Positions 24,833 through 40,285 of a DNA stretch of 64,000 bases are shown in pieces. Position numbers and translations under genes: made by a program. Numbering within the stretch: position 1 is the stretch's first letter; every line of letters starts with the position of its first letter. The notes under the pieces were generated by a model. It ran no database searches. It was not told the origin of the DNA and saw only the letters and a program-made list of their open reading frames with translations. The stretch comes from Octopus vulgaris (lineage: Eukaryota). Where the stretch lies: assembly GCA_951406725.2 (NCBI GenBank), contig OX597821.1:25110001-25174000 (forward strand). Reading direction: 5' to 3'.

Positions 24833-25205
24833 AGGACCAGTTACTGATTCAAGCTCTGACACGACTGTACATATCCATGTTTTCAGCCGCTGGACCTCAC
24901 CATTTATGCCATCTTGTACTACTAGAACTTCTCCTGAGATGATTTAAATAAGGTCATCCTGCTGAAAATATTGTTTTCAAGTGCATGATGCCTGACATCA
25001 GAATTACAACTGGTTGACACTCTCCACATTGAATGTAGTGGGTTGCCAAGCATGATCAGCCTCTGTTTATTCTAAATTTTATTTCAACCAATGTTTGAAA
25101 ACACAATATTAATGAAAACAATCACCAGCTAACTTCCTTACTTTATCTTGGATATAATACGATTAGTTATCTAGCTCTTAGCGAGATAGGCACAATATGT
25201 CGAAA

Positions 25206-25237
25206 GAAGGCACAATATGCCGAAACAAGTCGTCTGC
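25206..25237 (+). ncRNA. 3' half of a hammerhead-like motif (Penelope pLTR relic)
   Basis: GAA-GGCA caata TGCC-GAAAC-AA-GTC; the 5' core is replaced by a tandem duplication of stem II (25188-25205). Confidence 0.4.
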
Positions 25238-28200
25238 AGGTTATGGATCATAAAATATATTATGGTAAAGAAAAAAAAACTGCTTTGAATTAATATTTAT
25301 TCCTCACATGCTTCTTTTCCTCTTTGCAAGATAAATAAAGTCCATGTGTGTATGCGTTTGTTTATGTATTAACATAACAGTGTTATTTATATCTTGTTGC
25401 CTCGCAGTTTACCGTATAAATAGAACGATAAAATGAATGCTAGACTGAAATTGATTAACTCTAAACCCTTGAAGGCGGTACCCCCAACATGGCTATAGTC
25501 CAGTGATTAAGAAGAATAAACGAATGTGTGTGTTTTGTGTGTGTGAGGAAGAGAGAGCGTGGGGGGTGGGGTATCAGAGTTGGTATACTGAAAAGCGAAT
25601 CTACTTCACTGAGAAGACAGAAAGAAATGAAATAAAAGAAAGTAGAATTATTGACCGCACAAAGAGAAAGTGTAAGGGTTACAGGGCTGTGGATCACGAG
25701 ACAGCAACAAGCAGTCAAACGACCATACACAGCCGAGACAAATGTTGATTATCAGTCACAAGATGGACGTCTCAATCACGTGATCACGGGTACGACCGGG
25801 TGGAGGAGGAGGAGTGGGAATGGTTACGCGATGGTTACGTCCCTGAGTTCGAATTCCGTCAAGTGGAAATTTACTTTCGATCCTTGCAGAGTTGATGGAA
25901 TAAGTAACAGCAGATATTGGGGTGTATATAATCGACTAAATTACTCCCATCTCACAAAAAAAAAAAAAAAAAAGAAAGAAAAATAGATTTATGGTTGTTA
26001 GAAAATACATCATTAACAATGTTGCATCACCGAAGACTGATTCTTTGGATCCCTGCAATAATGAAATACCCTCCAAGCTTCTTTCTCTGTAACAAGTGCT
26101 CATCATGTCGTGCGAAGCATAAAACAAATTCTTTAGTTGGTGGAGGAGTTGGGGATAGGGGGAGGATTTTATTTATTGTTTTTTTTTTGGGGGGGGGGTG
26201 CTTTTTTTTAGAAATATAAAAATATTGCGAGGGGGTGCCAACTGTCATATTCGAGGGACGACGGGTGCAAAATTTGGAAGCAAAAAATAATTTTATCTTA
26301 GAATAATGAACAGTCAGTTCAAACGGCTCCAGACGACGAGCTATCAGGATGAGTGCTACTTAATTTTTCGACACTACAGAGTTAACGTTGCTGGTCTAAC
26401 ACTGAATACCGAACAAAATGCTTAGCAGAATTTCTTCCGGCTCTTACATTTTTCAGTTAAATTTCCGCCGAAATCAACTTCGTCATCTTTTCAAGGTGGA
26501 CAAAATAAGCACCAGTTGAACATTGAGATCGACGTAAGCGACCAGACCCCGCTCTACCAAAAATTTCAGGCCTTGTGCCTTATAAGTAGAGAGAGTCGTG
26601 AAGACGGCGAGTTGGCAGAATTAATAAAACGTCGGAGAAAATGCTTAGCGGCATTTCTCCCGGCTCTTTATGTTGAGTTCAAATTTCGCTGGAGTTGACT
26701 TGGCTTTTCATCCTTTCCGTATCAGTGTAATCGACTAAACCCCGCCCACTAAAATTACAGGCCTTGCGCTAAAATTTGAAACAGTTATTATTATGAATCT
26801 ATTTGTGCTAGTTTCCATGAATGAAAAAGTTTAACAGAAACAAAACGTTATTCTTAGGAAGACTTAAGTGTTTTTGCGTAATGCGATATTTTAATGTTTG
26901 TTTTTCTAACAAAGACACAAGGCCACATAATTTCTAAAATATTACAAATAACAGTCGATATGTACCAACAGTTTCAACGGTACTTTATTTAATTGATCTA
27001 GGGAAGGCGAAAGGCAAAATCGAACACATTGGGTATCATATACAAAAACAATGGGAACTTCATTTATTTTTCAAAGAATGCATTTTCCTGCGATGTGGCG
27101 ATGTTCACATGGGTAATAACCTAAAACTACCACTATTCTTAATAGGATAGGTCTTGTGTGTGTATGCATACACAGGTAAACAAAACACGAGATTATTTGA
27201 GAAAGTATAGCACTAATGTTGCAGCTACGCAGTAGGCAGGCTACTCGGTACTTGCATATATATATAGATATACGCATCTCTCTCTCTCTATCTATCTATA
27301 TTTATATGTGTGTGGGTGCATGTATGCATGCATGCACGTATGTATGTATATATTTGTGTGTGTATAGTATGATGTCAGTTACCAATCAACAGGAGAAGGG
27401 ATGCTGAAAGTAAAGCTGATTAGTAGTAGCAGAATCGTTAGATCAGTGCTAGCAGTATCATATTAGTTCGGTTTGATTTACGTGTCGATTCCCAGTTTCA
27501 CCATGGTTGAAATTTTGTTCATCATTCCTCCAGGATACATAAAAATGAAAACCAATAGCTTACAGAAATTGATTAAATAAACTGTTCCGTTCCCAATGTA
27601 AACATTATATTACTATATATTATGTTACTGTGGGTAATGGACGGCAGAATTAGCAGAGGGCTAGATAAAAAGATTTCAGGTACCGCAAAGAAACTATGAG
27701 TTCGAATTCCGTTCGGGACAGTTTCGTATTTCACTCATCTGAGGTCGATAAACTAAGCATCCAGTTCAGAAGGTTCAACCACATCCTCCACAAACGTCTG
27801 TGTCTTGGAAACCAGTATATATTAATAATAATGGCGCTGGTTAAACTATTTCGTAATGAGGGAGTCTGGGAGAGTTAAAGTGACTGTTTTATCGACCGGA
27901 GAAGGGTGGGAAGCACAATTGAAAAAAAAAAAAACCGACGAACGAACCCAGGAAATAATGATTAACCACATTTGCACACGTCACAAATTTTAGTGAGGGA
28001 AGAGTGGAGTCGGTTAAATCGCTCCCTGTTTATGACACACTTGCTTTTTAGTTAGCAACTGTTATAACTACGGCTTTTTAGATAGTAAAGTATACATATA
28101 CAGATGTAAACCGCTTGTCCCTGGGTTAAGGTGTCGGGGGTCACGGAAGAAATACTGCACAGTAATTTGCCAGACTCATTATGGATTCCTGAGGGGAGGA

Positions 28201-28745
28201 ACACCAGCGATCGTTATTCTCACCATTATTAGTTAGTGTAGTAAAATGAATGGAGTTAAAAGTGTAACCTTGAAAATAAACAGAAATGGGAAAGATAAAG
28301 ATGAAGCAACGTTGAAACAAAAAGACAGATGGGGAAGGAAGACAGGTGTTTAGATGAAGAGTGAGATTAGATGACCCTGTCAAGTGCCAATCTCCATATA
28401 TACATGTGCATGTACTTGTATAAAAATATATGACGCGGTGCATGGCCTAGGATGTTCTAATCACGATCGCTGGAGCGTGATTTCGATTCCCAGACAAGAC
28501 GATGCGTTGTGTTCTTGAGCAAAACACCTTATTTTACGTTACTTTTCAATCACATCGACATCTAATGCATGGCACACCGTGCACCTGTACAGACAATATT
28601 GATTTCATGGAGAACGTGAATTCATGTGCAGCACAAATATTTGATCACTATAAACAAATCATCTTTGCAGATTACTGAGCAAGAAATTGTGTTATCGTCC
28701 CGAGAGACTACCAATCAACCAACCAACCAAAGGTATATGGGTCCA

Positions 28746-28978
28746 GGCGGCGAGCTGGCAGAAACGTTAGCACGCCGGGCGAAATGCTTAGCGGTATTTC
28801 GTCTGCGTTACGTTGTGAGTTCGAATTCCGCCGAGGTCGACTTTGCCTTTCATCCTTTCGGGGTCGGTAAATTAAGTACCAGTTACGCACTGGGGTCGAT
28901 AAAATCGACTTAATACCTATGCCTGTCCTTGTTTGTCCCCTCTGTGTTTAGCCCTTTGTGGGTAGTAAAGAAATCGGT
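28746..28978 (+). mobile_element. Young family A SINE
   Basis: GGCGGCGAGCTGGCAGAAACGTTAGC...GAGTTCGAATTCC...GACTTTGCCTTTCATCCTTTCGGGGTCG; near-identical to 60979-61215. Confidence 0.9.
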
Positions 28979-29687
28979 ATCGTGCAGTGCGACTGCACCG
29001 AAGATCAAATAGCTTGTAAAGCAAGTTTCCTTACCACACAGACACACCTATAAAGTACATGTAAATGAATTCGTATCCGTATGTATGTGTGTAAGTATGT
29101 AGATATGTATACGTGTGTGAGAGTATGTATGGTTTTGCATTAAAACAATTGCTAAGCGGCAATATAAAGGTGTCAACGCCGAAACAGTTTACAGCAAAAG
29201 TTTACAAGCGTAACACAGCCATATGGTCACAACAGCTGGTCTATATACACAAGTTAACTTACAACTACTACTACTACTACAGTAACAAAACAAGATATCA
29301 ACCTTATTAACAAGTGGTTACTTGACATAATATATAACGAACAATTTAATAACAATTTAAATTATATTTATAGAATAGGTTTTAATTGCATGGATATTTT
29401 CTACATGCCTCGGACAAGCATCGGCTTAAGATGTACAAACTTAGTTTGTCAACATATACATTATCCCACACCAACAAAGAACTTAAATATGTGTTCGTAC
29501 ATACATACATATATCTACATCTATACATCTACATATATATATACATATACACACATACGTATATACATACATACACACACATATACATATACACACATAT
29601 GCATACATATACACACATACATAAAAACACTAATAAATATATATATACACATACATACATGTACACACACATATACATACATATACT

Positions 29688-29726
<39 letters not shown>

Positions 29727-29727
29727 C

Positions 29728-29870
29728 GGGAAGCTTTATGAAAATAGACAAAAGATGAAGGCAGGTTTACGGAAATAAACAAAAGACGAAGGCAGGTGGA
29801 ATACAAACAAACAATTGTATTAGTATGGCGCTCAGGAAATATAAAGAAAACAAGTCTTTAACGTTTCGAG

Positions 29871-29872
<2 letters not shown>
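29728..29872 (-). mobile_element. Solo Penelope-like pLTR fragment within (TA)n
   Basis: Similar to the 3' terminus of the PLE at 36054 (AAAAGACGAAG.CAGGTG...GTATTAGT..GCTCAGGAA...AAGTC); minus strand GCTCGAAACGTT is an HHR-like 3' half. Confidence 0.7.
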
Positions 29873-29909
<37 letters not shown>

Positions 29910-30039
29910 AATAAATAAAATATATGCATATATACATACATATATGTACATACTTACATCTACATGTATATATATATATACATATTCATACACACATATA
30001 TATACATGTAAACATAGACACATATATATGTATATATAC

Positions 30040-30119
<80 letters not shown>

Positions 30120-31099
30120 CACACACACATAAATATACAAACATTCTCTGTGTGTGTGTGTATGATCATGATCTTTTTATCTTTGGTTACAGTGATTGAA
30201 CAGCAGCCATGCCTAGAAGGGTTTAGCTGAACAAACTGACCCCAGTTCTTAAGTTATAGGTCTCATTTGCTGAACAGGTAAGTTACAGGGGCACAAACCA
30301 AACACTAGCTGTCAAACAGTGAGGGCAGGGAACAAAGAACAAAGGCAAAAACACACATACACACACCATGGGCTTCGACAGAGTTTCTGTCCAGCAATTT
30401 ACCCATAAGGCATTGATCAGGTCAAGAAAATATTAGAAGAGAACTTGCCAAAGGCTCTATGCAGCAGGACTGAACATGAAAACATACGGTTGTAAAGCAA
30501 GCTTTTTAAATACCAAGCCATGCCTGCACCTAGCCATATATTCTCTATGTGCACATATGTGTGTGTGTATATATACATATATCAAAAGACACCTGTTGTT
30601 AATGTCCTTATTTGCATTTGTATTTGTGTACCATTTCTCTGTTTTTTTTCCATCCCTGTTTTCATATACATTTGCTGCTTTCTTCCAAGGAACAGTGCTC
30701 TTAGCTCAGTTTTTCCTTGGGGCTGACCAGATTGGAGCAAGTTTGAGTACAACCAGCCGAAATTGCAAAGATAATCTGGAACTCGACTGAAGAAAGAAAA
30801 CTCTGAATGACCCATCCTTGTTTGTTTTGTATCATCTATTTGGGTGTTTTTGCATTCTTGTCCCATTTTTGTTATTCCTTTTTATATAAATATAGTGGCA
30901 TACGTACACTTTGGTCTCATATGTAAGTATATATATACACATACATACATATATATACACACACACACACATATATATATACACACATACCCACATACAT
31001 AAATATATACATACATACATATACACACACATATATACATACATATGTATATACATACATTCTTATGTATATGTATATATACACACACATATACACATA

Positions 31100-32755
<1,656 letters not shown>

Positions 32756-32974
32756 TACATACATATATACATACATACATACATACATACACAAACACAC
32801 ATATATATATAATATACAATATATTGTGAAATATTAGGAAATTGATATTAGAAAAATTCTTCAGAAAGATATATATACATATGCAGAATAATGTTAAATA
32901 TGACAGTTTAAAATTAAGCTTTTAAAGTATCATAAGATTGTTTTGCAAAAGTATTTTAACCTCTAACTCAACTA

Positions 32975-33061
<87 letters not shown>

Positions 33062-33069
33062 ATACAAAA

Positions 33070-33822
33070 CATCATCATCATCGTTGTTTAACGTCCACTT
33101 TCCATGCTGGCATGGGTCGGATGGTTTTACTGAGGGCTGGCAAGCCAGAAGGCCGCAGCAGGCTCCAATCCGATATGGCAAAGTTTCTACAGCTGGATGC
33201 CCTTCCTAACACCAACCACTCTGAGAGTGTAGAGGGTGCTTTTTATGTGCCACCAGTACAAGAGCCAATCAGGGAGTACTGGCATCGACCACACTCGAAT
33301 GGTGCTTTTTACGTGCTACCGGCATGGATGCCAATCAGGCTGTACTGTCATCAGCCATGACAATGATTTCACTTGCCTGAACAGGTCTTTGCAAACACAC
33401 TCTATTGCCCAATGATTTAAGGGTACTCTTAAATGGGCTGCTTATGTGACACTGGCCTAGGCCACGGTTATGTTCTCCCTTGGCTTGCCAGGTCTTCTCA
33501 AGTACAACATATCTCCAAAGGTCTCAGTCACTTGTCATCGCCTCAGGGAAGCCTAACATTCAAAGGTCATACTTCACCATCTCATCCAAGGCCTTCCTGG
33601 GTCTAACTCTTCCACAGGTTAACTCTACTGCTAGGGTGTGACACTTTTGCGCACAGCTGTCCTCGTCCATATGCAACACATGACCATACAAGCGCAGTCG
33701 TCTTCTCTTGCACACAACATCTGATGATTCTTAAGTCCAACTTTTTTCTCAGGGTGCTTACACTCTGTCATGCATGCACACTGACATTACACATCCAGCA
33801 GAGAATACTAGCTTCATTCCTT
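33070..33822 (-). mobile_element. 5'-truncated RTE LINE (C-terminus plus 3' UTR)
   Basis: Minus strand RNEASILCWMCNVS..., RRLRLYGHVLHMDEDSC...CGRVRPRK; ends in GGACGTTAAACAAC(GAT)n. Confidence 0.85.
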
Positions 33823-34076
33823 GCTTCACCATGCACCGAATTTAGAAATAGGAGTTAAAACGCCTTTTCTGCCACCATAAAGATCTCCCTGGGAAATAAG
33901 TAAATATTACTTTACTTTAATCTCGAAACAAGTATGTAGCTAATTTGAGTCATATGGATTCCTTGTTTTTTTTCTTTTTGCCGACGTAAAAGAGTGTGTT
34001 ACTGTCTGGGAGATCTTTATGGTAGCAGAAAAGGCATTCTAACTCCTATTTCTAAATTCAGTGCATGGTGAAGCAA
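33821..34076. mobile_element. MITE-like element with about 69-bp TIRs
   Basis: 33821-33889 is the reverse complement of 34008-34076 with about 4 mismatches. Confidence 0.75.
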
Positions 34077-34121
34077 TTAGCTGACCCCTGATTATAATTG
34101 TGTTTGAAATTATAGAATATT

Positions 34122-34174
<53 letters not shown>

Positions 34175-34304
34175 CTACATACATGCATTTATATAGTATT
34201 AGGAATGACTTAAGTATTAGTAAGTAGGGAAACAGACTGGACCCTGCTTCCATCTGGGAAATGGCCTTGCTGGTAATATAGAAAAGGTGTGGCTAGGAAT
34301 TTTA

Positions 34305-34930
34305 TATAGTGAACCTAACGCATATTATGGACAAACAAGAGGCACAGTGGAATCAAAGGAGGCTAACAGAGAAAACAGACTTTGTATGTGGCAGATCTTC
34401 AGGAGCAATACACATTAAACATGCAAGGGAACCTCTCAAAAGCCCAGGAAGATTTCTAGAGGTAGAAGATAGGTCCAATTGCCTAGATGATATAATTAGC
34501 AGTGGAGGAGGATATTCTGAAGGTATAGTAGCCAGACAAGTTTGAGAAAATTCAAGGAACTTTTATCTGCGTTATACCTACATGGTAGTGAGTCATGGGT
34601 ACTGAATGAACAGGACCTATGAAGGCTGCAAAAAAATGAATCACATATGCTTTGCTGGATGGGCATAAATGACAGAATGAAAATGTGTTGAGAGGAAAAG
34701 CGTGCAAAAGAGAAGGTTGCATTGGTATGGAGGATTGTAAATGGTATTGATGAAGACAGCTGCATAAAGAAATGTTGATCACTTGCAGTGTTTGGAACTT
34801 GTGAATGACAGAGACCCAGGAGGATGTGAGAGGAAATGGTGAAGACTGATCCAAAAGTGTTGAGTCTCTTGGAAGAAACAACAAATGACCAAGATGGCTG
34901 GAAACAAGCACTGCTCAAAAAGACCTGCCT
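34305..34930 (+). mobile_element. Degenerate RTE LINE 3' fragment
   Basis: LEVEDRSNCLDDIISSGGGYSEGIVAR, HGSESW, RRLHWYG, DEDSCIKKC. Confidence 0.75.
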
Positions 34931-36053
34931 ACCTAATGCGAAAAAGACAAAACTGATTTAAAATGGCAGTGATGGTTATGAGAGCTGGAAACAATATATA
35001 TGTACACATCTGGATCCCCAGCCCAATATGTTCCTATCAAAACAACACCTGCTTCTCACTTATCCTCCAATCAATCATCTGTGTACTCTTCTATCCATGC
35101 TATTATGCTGCTGTGGTGATTCAATGAAGCAGAATGCATTACCAAGTATATTGCGTGTGTGTGTAATGACAATAAGAATGGAGTGAGCAAGTTATTTTAT
35201 GACTTCAATATACATGGATATACAGTAAACACCAGGGTTAACTACCCCAATGAAATTATTGATATGTGTGTGTGTGTACTTATATATTTATGTGTATATA
35301 GATCAGTTGCAGGATCCATTAGAATCTAGGTATATCATTATGTAGAGCACCAGAATTGACTAGGTATGTAGTATTGAGCTTACAAGTGAATTTTGAACCC
35401 AACTCGTGTTCTTCTTTATGTGTATATGTGTGTGTGTGTGTCTGTGTAAAGGTAGACGCGTGTTTATGTATAGATGTGTGTGTGTATGAGAGAGAGTGTC
35501 TCCTTGATTCGAGAACGTGTGCTGGTTGTAAACAAATATTGCCGGCAAATAAGTGGTGTCACTCATTTGCAAATATATATCATTGTCATCATTTCAACAT
35601 CTAATTTTCCATGTTTGCATGGGTCAGAGTTTCTTATGGTTGCATCACCTTCCTGTTGCCAACCCTACTTGACTCCAAGTGGGATAATAAGCACTCCATA
35701 CTAATAAATAACAGATTATATGAAGAACTGAAAACACTGAAATGACCCCTTTTGCTTAAGAAGCCAAGGCATGCTCCCATAGAGAACTGCAAGCAAATGA
35801 CACCATTAGTGAAGCTTACAAACCAGCAAACATAACACATGTAGAGGATGACAGGGGTTTTGCAATTTTTGACTACCAAATCCACTCACAATGCTTTGGT
35901 TAGCTCAGGGTTATAGTAAAAGACATTTGCCCAAGGTGCCACGCAGTGGGACTGAACCCAAAACCACATGGCTAGGAAGCAAACATCTAAATCATACACT
36001 CATGCCTACACGCACACATGTATATATATGTGTGTGTGTGTATATATATATAT

Positions 36054-37810
36054 AGTTGAAATTTACAGAAAAACAAAAAACGAAGACAGGTGTATAAACA
36101 AGCAGGTGTATTAGTTTGACACTAAGGAAGGTGAGAAAGTCTCTTACATTTTGATCCTATGTTCTTCAACAGAAAGAAACACAAGGAAATAAATAGAGAG
36201 GGAATTAAAAAACTTGTGGGTTTAGTGGTTAATCATGGCTGCTGGTTGGACAAAGGTAGTTAGACAGGAGAGCTAGGAAGAAATGAGGATAATAAAGTAC
36301 TGGTGATCCTAAAACGAGGGTGTGCATGCATGTGTGTAAGTGTGGATAGGGGCTGGTAATTTTGACGTGTGGATGATGGTGTAGGTGCTGGGAAATGGTC
36401 AGTGCTAGTGTGTGCAGAGTGGTGTGATGTGGTGAGGTGAAGATGTGGGAGTTGGATGTGTGGGGTGGAGTGGGGATGGAGGGAGTTATCAATGAAGGGA
36501 GAAGGTGGGTAGGAGTGAAGAGAGGAGAGGAGGTGAGTCAGATGAAGAGAGGGGAGTTGTGCCCATGTGGCACAAAGGAGCGAAGTGAGAAAATTAGTTC
36601 ATGGTGAAGGCAGGAGTTCAGATGGCCCCTGTGCAAAGACAATCCAAATACAGGCAAGTATTGTAATGAATGCCCAGTAGAGCGGAAATGGCATGGGCAG
36701 GAGCAGGGGAACAAGCCAGGTTGGGAGGTGGAGTTAAGGAAAAAACTGTGGACTAGGAGGTCACATAGGTTGTGGGCTCATTTGAAGGAGGGAAGGAGTA
36801 GGTTGGGGAAGATGTGCGAAGTGGAGGGTGTCGGACTGGAGTCACTGGAAGGCTCAGAGAATGGTGCATTGGAGGAGCAGGGTGGGAGGGTGTAGGTGAG
36901 GGGGAAACAGATGAGCATTGGTGGGGTGGGTGCAAGAAGAGAACAGAGGTATGGTCCACAGAACGTGCTCAGGCAAGGGTAGTGTGGATAGTGGTGAGGG
37001 AATATCTACGAAGGATAAAGAGGCGAACCATGAGTTAAGACTGAGTCTTGAAGTTATGGTTGTCACCGCAGAGCCTGTGCAGATGGAGGAATTGGGAGTA
37101 GGGGATGGAGAATTTGGTGTGGGAAGGGTGGGAGAAAGAGAAGTTGAGGTGTGAGTGTGAGTTGGTGTATTTGTAATGGATAGAGGTAGTGACCGAAATG
37201 TCGAGAAAGGCGACAGAAGTGTTGGAAATGGTGCAGAAAAATTCGAGGTCAGCATAGAAGGATTGGGCAAAAGAGAGGAAGGAGTCTAATTGTTCACGGG
37301 AGAGTGAGGTCGCACCGATACAGTCATCAATATAACAACCATATAGTTCAGGAGTGGGACCAGTGAATCTTGAAAATATTTGGGCTTCAACAAAGCCAAC
37401 AAACAAGTTCGCATAGTTGGGGCCCATTCTCGTTCCCATGGCCACTCCCGAGAACTATTGGTAAAACTCCCCCATGAATGAGAAGCAATTGGGGGAGATT
37501 AAAAGATCAGCCAGATGAAGAAGTGTGGACGTGTCAAGTTGGAGGTTGGGTCGAAGGTCTAGGAAGTGTTTGAGGGCAAGAAGTCCTTCGTTGTGTGGGA
37601 TCACCATATATAGACTCTTGATATCAAGAGAAATTTAGAGGGGCCAGGAGAGAAGGAGAAAGAGTTGAAAAGACGAAGAGCATGGTTAATGTCATGGATT
37701 TATGATGGAAGGTAAGCCACTAGGGAGACAAGGACACGGTTGAGGTATTTGGAGATCAGTTCCTTGAGGCAGTTACAGGCAGAGATGATGGGGCAGCCAG
37801 GATTGTTGGG
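36054..37810 (-). mobile_element. 5'-truncated Penelope-like retroelement (RT, GIY-YIG C-terminal relic, 3' pLTR)
   Basis: NNPGCPIISACNC, DIKSLYMVIPHNEG, AMGTRMGPNYANLFVG, YIDDC, FLDISV, HPSHTKFSIPYSQFLHLHRLC (ORF 37035..37445); HFRSTGHS...LIFSLRSFVPHGHN; pLTR with decayed HHR at about 36140-36175. Confidence 0.92.
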
Positions 37811-38979
37811 CATCCACTTTTCCATGCCATGCATGCTTGGATTGTGAAGAGTTTGAGGCAGATTTTCTAAAGTTGAGTGCCTTTCCTACTGCCAACTTTC
37901 ACCTGTTTCCAAGCAAGGTAATGACACGACATCCTTATACAGAATATTGGAAATGAATGACACTGCTTGTATGACAATACCAGTCATTTACAATTATCTA
38001 GTGATGTTTAGACAAGGAAACACAAATATACAACACTAACACACATACACAAACGCATGCAGTAGGTTTTACATGTCATGCACTGGGTTTGAGCACAAAA
38101 CCAAGAGGTTGGGGAACAAACTTCCTAACCATACACCCACACTTGCACATACTCACACACTTGCACAGGTATTTTTACCTGTGTGTGTGTACATATCACT
38201 AAATCATCCGTAGATTTCTATGGTAAATACGTATACACTGACTGACTGGAACACCAGCCGATCAGGCGGCATTCGCTGTCAAAGCGTACGGAAATACACG
38301 AAACTAGATGTTTCACATGAATGAAACTGCCCCATGACCAAATCGAGAGATTCTCGATTTGGTCATGGGGCAGTTTCATTCCCTGTCAGCATATGTTTAT
38401 ACATTTGCGCTCTTCCTACAGCACCAGGGATATTTTAGTCCTATTTCTAGCAATGTAGGTGTTTTGGCACCCTTAGTCACATTGAGTGGTGATTAAATTT
38501 TTCCTTTCTGGTATTTTATTATGCCTAGCTGTTTATATTAACTTTAGAAATATATCAGTGTAGTTAAAGTTTCAGGGTCAGTTCCACAGAACAGCATCTT
38601 ATACAAGTGAATTTCCTCACTATAGAACAATGCCAATCAAAGTCTAGTAAGCAGAATTGGTAGATAGAAACTCATTGAATGTGCATATATTTATCTATAT
38701 CTGTATCTGTGTGCATACAACTGCAAATATTGACATCCCACAGCATTACTTGTCACTAGCTGATAGAAACAATAATATGATAGTTTCCTCTTTGTAAACA
38801 TTATGATTGGTCCCTTCATGCTTCTGAAAGCCTATCACAAGTAGCAGTTGGCAACGGGAAGAGCATCCAACCATAAAATCCTGCCACAAATAATCAATGT
38901 TCAAACCATGCTAGCATGGAAAAAACATGAATGTTAAATGAATCACTATATATACACAGGCAAATATACCTGTGCAAGC

Positions 38980-39017
<38 letters not shown>

Positions 39018-39455
39018 GTGTGTGTGTGTGTGTGTGCATGTGCAAGTGTGGTTGTATGGTTAGGAAGTTTGCTCTCCAACCACTTGGTTCTGGGCTCAAA
39101 CTCAGTGCATGACACCTAAAGCGAGTGTCTTCTACTATAGCCCCAGGTCAACTAAAGCCTTGAGAGTAGATTTGCTAGACAGAAGCAGTAAGAAGCCTGC
39201 TGCGTGTGTTTGTGTATGTATGTGTATGAGTGTTGTATATTTGTGTTTCCTTGTCTGAACATCACTAGATAGTTGTAAATGACTGTTATTGTCATACAAG
39301 CAGTGTCATTCATTTCCAATATTCTGTGTAAGGATGTCTAGGCATTACCTTGCTTGGAAACGGGTGAAGGCTGGCAATAGGAAAGGCATGCAACCATAGA
39401 AAATCTGCCTCAAACTCTGCCCAATCCAAGCATGCATGGCATGGAAAAGTGGTTG
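37811..39455. repeat. Local inverted duplication (37811-38188 versus about 38950-39455)
   Basis: Both arms share a family B SINE with the same private variants plus its non-SINE flank (TTGCACAGGTAT.TTT.CCTGTG); the left arm lacks about 75 bp. Confidence 0.85.
38319..38381. repeat. Perfect 30-bp palindrome with a 3-nt loop
   Basis: GAATGAAACTGCCCCATGACCAAATCGAGA-GAT-TCTCGATTTGGTCATGGGGCAGTTTCATTC. Confidence 0.95.
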
Positions 39456-40020
39456 TTAAAACGATGATGGCAATAATGATATATATATAACATCATCATT
39501 TAACAACCACTTTCCATAATAGCCTAGATTGGATGGTTTGACAAGCACTTGCACCAGACTTCTGTGTCTGTTTTGGCATGGTTTTCACACCTGGTTTATA
39601 GCTGGATGCTTCCTAACAACAACCACTCCACAGAGTGGACTGGGTGCTTTTTACATATATACATACATATATATATATATAATGTACATGCACATGCAAA
39701 ATTGTGTAATCATGTGAGTACATGTGTCTCCCTATGCCTTCTCTCTAACGCATAGGGAGATATAAATGCACATATGCATTCTAAGTCTTATCTGAAAGAA
39801 AGGGTAATGAGTTGGCAACAGGAAGAACATCAGGGTTTAAAACTTACCACAAATAACCCTAACCCAAACCTATTATGGAAAACAGACATCACTCAAATGA
39901 ACCCTACTGGTCCTTGCATGTTACTTCTTCAATTCCAATTAGCTGTAAACAACAGATGTAAAGTTAGGAAACTTTGATGGTCAGCTTAAAATTTCTCACC
40001 AACCGCAAAGCCACAAATAT

Positions 40021-40285
40021 ATTGGGTCACACGGGATAAACAATGCGGTTTTTCTTTCAATTGCATGAACCAGAAGTCGAAGGGGGACAGGATAAACTAC
40101 TTGCATCAACTTGCTATAAAAGTGAATTTTGGAAGAGGGGCCTTGCAAGTATACCAGATAGATGGAAGAGCATTGTAGAAAATGAAGGAGAGTATATTTT
40201 AAATTAAAAAAGAGATTTGTTCATCTTAATTTTGAAAAAGAAAATGAGTATAAAAAAAAACGCATTATTTATGGGATGACTCGAT
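40021..40285 (+). mobile_element. Mariner-derived MITE of the 21770 family
   Basis: Both termini present (AATGCGGTTTTT / AAAAACGCATTATTTATGGGATGAC); retains the transposase C-terminus WKSIVENEGEYI. Confidence 0.8.

Noticed and set aside
28746-28830. tRNA gene (also at 19839, 45285, 52172 and 18010-18061)
   Set aside because: A/B-box-like heads continue into multi-copy SINE bodies, or lack a B-box; no complete cloverleaf
30582-30866. 94-aa minus-strand ORF
   Set aside because: No recognisable family in any frame; kept only as a weak acceptor candidate
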